A DNA stretch of 62,951 nt, counting the filler, from Chlamydiia bacterium (GTDB taxonomy: Bacteria; Chlamydiota; Chlamydiia; Chlamydiales; FEN-1388), in the NCBI GenBank assembly GCA_903848235.1. It is 5 parts of 5 records of this genome, joined end to end, with 100 filler letters (N's around TTAATTAATTAA, not from the genome) between each part and the next. Parts side by side here need not be neighbours in the genome. Positions count along the whole stretch, not along the records: positions 52,520 to 62,951 come from CAINFV010000104.1; 4 more parts are not named here. One strand, given 5' to 3'. The position numbers and the translations under genes are program-made. Of this stretch, positions 60,314 to 62,951 are shown piece by piece. Positions within the stretch are counted from its first letter, which is position 1. Each line of letters starts with the position of its first letter. Under the pieces are notes generated by a model that saw only the letters and a program-made list of their open reading frames with translations, did not search any database and had not been told where the DNA came from.

Positions 60314-61990
60314 ATGGGAACTGATGCTGAAGCTCCGTTAGGAGCGGTTGTGAAAGCTTTTTGTGGATCCGTTCAGGTTGTGGGTTCTGAGTTACTCAAA
60401 AGGCAAGTCTCTGCTGAAGACTTATGGCAGCTTCGTGATGAGATCGTTCATATTTCGCAAACGTCGAATCAGGGGCGTGAGCGACAAGTAGCAAAGGCCG
60501 TACTGGCATCTCTTCCGGAACACATTGAGACTTACAACGATCTTCCGGCGGTGAAAAACCTGTTGTGTAGTGCGCAGTTTTATCTGAAGAGCCTTTTGGG
60601 AAATGAGCTTGAAGAACTGATAGATAAGCTTGAGAAGAATATGACCAGCGGGGTCTTCCCAGACTTTGATTGGTCAGGATTTATCAAGGTGAAAACAGTA
60701 TATGGGCAATTGGAAAATCCAAAACCTCTTCTGCCACAATTTGATCAGATAGCGATGTGTGTAACGGCTCAGAGGGGGCTTCTTCAAAAACAATTGACCG
60801 CTGTGCAAGTAGAGTTCTCTGGCTGGGTGCAGAGGTTTGCCGAATCGCGAATCGTTATATTAAAAAAATTCGACGAGCTTTTGGAGACCTGTAAGTGCTT
60901 GATTGGAGATGTGGAGGCGTCCCAGAAGGAAGGTTCGGTGGAAAAAAGGATTCCGCAAGCGCTGTTGCTTTTGGATACGTTATGGGAGTTTCAGAAGATC
61001 CTTGCAGAAGAGTCGAGTAAGCTTCGGGAATCTGCTACCGCCATGCCTCTGCAACTCATTGCAGTGAGGAGGCAGCTAGACAAGGTCAATGAGGAGATTG
61101 ACAACGTACAAAAATCAATAGAAGGATTTCGGAGGGCGGTTCTTACTCAGCAGGTTTCGATCCGACAAGCCATGTGTAAGGATCTATTGTCGGCTGTGAA
61201 GGTGTTAGAACTACGGCGTCCATCGTGGTGGCAAGCTGCTCACGCATTGATTTCGATGAACCCCGCTGATGAGGGCCCTGGAAATTTGACTGACGTGCAG
61301 AAGGTAATTGAAGAGCTGGGCTCACAGATAGAAGAATGGAGAGCTAAGTTGGTGCGAGCCATGAAGAGGGCATGGGAGGGCTACAAGAAAAAAGTACAAG
61401 CTGCTGCTCGAAAGGCTCATATTACCGTCGAAGGTGGCGTCCCTGGCTTTGGCGAGGTCCCTCCTGGCCTAGAATTTTTTACTGCAAAGGAGCTGTGCCT
61501 TTTCAAAAAGAACACACTCAATTTCCTTGCCTTGGCAGAGGCTTACAAAAAATATGATGAGCTTGAAGCGGTTGCGAGAGGGAAAACGGCGAGGGGATGG
61601 ATTGCTAGGCAAATTGCCGAGACAGTCCACTTCAAATTTCATCAAAAAACGGTGGAGGCGGGCTCAGATTTACCTGTGATACACGTTGTCTTTAGTCCGC
61701 AGGATCTTGCTGGAAGTAGCGATCTTTTACAGAGGATAGTTTCGGCGTTGAACGTTGACGAAAAGGTGTTGGATTACACCGCTTTAACACGAAGGGTGAA
61801 AGCTCTCCGTGCCGCATGTCGACGGGTAGCTGGCGCTCAAGGTCTTGTGGCAAGAATTGATGCGGCATTAGCCGCCCTGCTAAGGCCGACAGAGCTGAAA
61901 AGTCCAATTTCTGTGCAGGCGTTGATAGCTGAGTTTTCGCGTCGGCTAGAGGATCTTGATGGTGAAATCAACACCATTGAACGAGGTTAG
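60314..61990 (+). CDS. Hypothetical helical/coiled-coil protein
   Basis: About 560-aa ORF; no recognised catalytic motif. Confidence 0.65.
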   Translation: MGTDAEAPLGAVVKAFCGSVQVVGSELLKRQVSAEDLWQLRDEIVHISQTSNQGRERQVAKAVLASLPEHIETYNDLPAVKNLLCSAQFYLKSLLGNELEELIDKLEKNMTSGVFPDFDWSGFIKVKTVYGQLENPKPLLPQFDQIAMCVTAQRGLLQKQLTAVQVEFSGWVQRFAESRIVILKKFDELLETCKCLIGDVEASQKEGSVEKRIPQALLLLDTLWEFQKILAEESSKLRESATAMPLQLIAVRRQLDKVNEEIDNVQKSIEGFRRAVLTQQVSIRQAMCKDLLSAVKVLELRRPSWWQAAHALISMNPADEGPGNLTDVQKVIEELGSQIEEWRAKLVRAMKRAWEGYKKKVQAAARKAHITVEGGVPGFGEVPPGLEFFTAKELCLFKKNTLNFLALAEAYKKYDELEAVARGKTARGWIARQIAETVHFKFHQKTVEAGSDLPVIHVVFSPQDLAGSSDLLQRIVSALNVDEKVLDYTALTRRVKALRAACRRVAGAQGLVARIDAALAALLRPTELKSPISVQALIAEFSRRLEDLDGEINTIERG

Positions 61991-62024
61991 CTGATTTAAA
62001 AAACACATCAGGGGCATTTTTTTG

Positions 62025-62300
62025 TTAATGCTCTGCAATGGTTTTTAAAGTGGAATCATAGTGTTTTTTCGAACGAAGCCATGTCGATAATGCCTCTCGG
62101 CCCTGCTGTGGGTCAGAAAAAATTGCATAGTTACCACAATTCCCTACTGAACTTCTGCTTCGAGAAAAAAGACTATGACTTCGCACGAACCCAGGATTAT
62201 TGAGGCGCCAGGCTAAACTACCGCCAGATGCCACATATTTGTTTCCTACAGGATCGAAGTAAAAAATGCTAAGGTCCGGCATAGGCCAGCTGATACACAA
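62025..62300 (-). pseudogene. Truncated protein with GGSLAWRLNNPG (RNNPGN lysozyme-like) motif
   Basis: GG..AWR.NNPG...YAIF....GR.AL pattern; ends abruptly after about 90 aa. Confidence 0.5.
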
Positions 62301-62335
62301 TTTCCCCTAAAACAGATGGCCAGGGTCTCTTTCGA

Positions 62336-62951
62336 TCAGGCTCCCGTATACGCTTGCTTGGGAAAGTCAGGTTCATTTGGATAAACATATTTTAATTCGC
62401 CTGCATTAACCATAGGGGTTAAATAGGTCCTTACCAGGTGTTTTTTGTCTTTTCTGTCCAAAATAATAGCTAGGTCCTGGGCTGTAAGGGGTTTCCAGAA
62501 GCACAGAACTTTAATGGTTTTTCGCAGAACTTCAGTGGATGGACGTTTGCTAAGTTTGGTCAAAATATCTTTAATGTCTTCTGGGAGGGTATCCATTTCA
62601 AACACACCGGCTACCCGGTGTGTTTGCGCTGGAAACACACCGGGTAGCCGGTGTGTTTCAGGCTTTTCTTCGGCGTGTTTAAGTATCTTGCGCCCGATAT
62701 TTTGGGTTGCCTGGGGATGGACTGGTAGAACAGTCAAAAACGAAAGTTCTTCTTTATCTGTTTGAAAAATCGGAGGCGGCGAGCCATTGACATCCATCGA
62801 CTTTTTGATTTTTGGTATGCCAGTGCAGCGTCCTTCAGTTAGGTGGAGTTCCTTAAGAAAATCGCCGACTCTACGGTTTCGGTAGCTTCGGACTCTAATG
62901 TGTCCTTTGTTGATGTCATCAATTTTTAATGGTGGCATTGGACCAGGAAAA
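62336..62951 (-). CDS. C-terminal part of an HATPase_c_4 (RecG-C-like) / winged-helix protein, often AlbA_2-fused; 5' part outside window
   Basis: PGP, YRNRRVGDFLKEL.LTEGR.TGIPKI and NGSPPP.F.TD motifs; C-terminal LA..L.R....L..YL.P...G.L..P.QAY helix-turn-helix. Confidence 0.8.
   Translation of the reverse strand, partial: FPGPMPPLKIDDINKGHIRVRSYRNRRVGDFLKELHLTEGRCTGIPKIKKSMDVNGSPPPIFQTDKEELSFLTVLPVHPQATQNIGRKILKHAEEKPETHRLPGVFPAQTHRVAGVFEMDTLPEDIKDILTKLSKRPSTEVLRKTIKVLCFWKPLTAQDLAIILDRKDKKHLVRTYLTPMVNAGELKYVYPNEPDFPKQAYTGA

Noticed and set aside
1..62951. CRISPR array or cas genes
   Set aside because: No regularly spaced direct repeats with unique spacers; the repeats are dispersed palindromes

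Overview
Five contigs of an environmental (non-Chlamydiaceae) Chlamydiota genome, probably a MAG, joined by artificial N/TTAATTAATTAA/N linkers. The assignment rests on chlamydia-type genes: a CT590-like protein, a CT623-like outer-membrane protein, dacA-ybbR, a CdsC/SctC-type secretin and a chlamydial YidD/TPR pair. Housekeeping blocks (sua5-thrS, mnmA, pyk-rsmE-nusB-murB-PHP-folC, tRNA-Val, infC-rpmI-rplT, pheS-rluA-waaC) alternate with putative secreted effectors, mobile-element debris and palindromic repeats. Four observations stand out. (1) A >1500-aa protein carries a polyproline tract and an internal WH2-central-acidic (WCA) module, suggesting a WASP/RickA-like Arp2/3-activator mimic. 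(2) An ORF-less HEARO/omega-RNA (IscB-type IS200/IS605) element sits between tRNA-Val and infC, with a miniature copy directly before pheS; both are followed by ATGAAA. (3) A gene directly upstream of pheS consists of three tandem copies of the PheS N-terminal tRNA-binding helical arm. (4) An 822-aa protein has CE-clan-like protease motifs. All family calls are by-eye motif recognition; no database searches were run.
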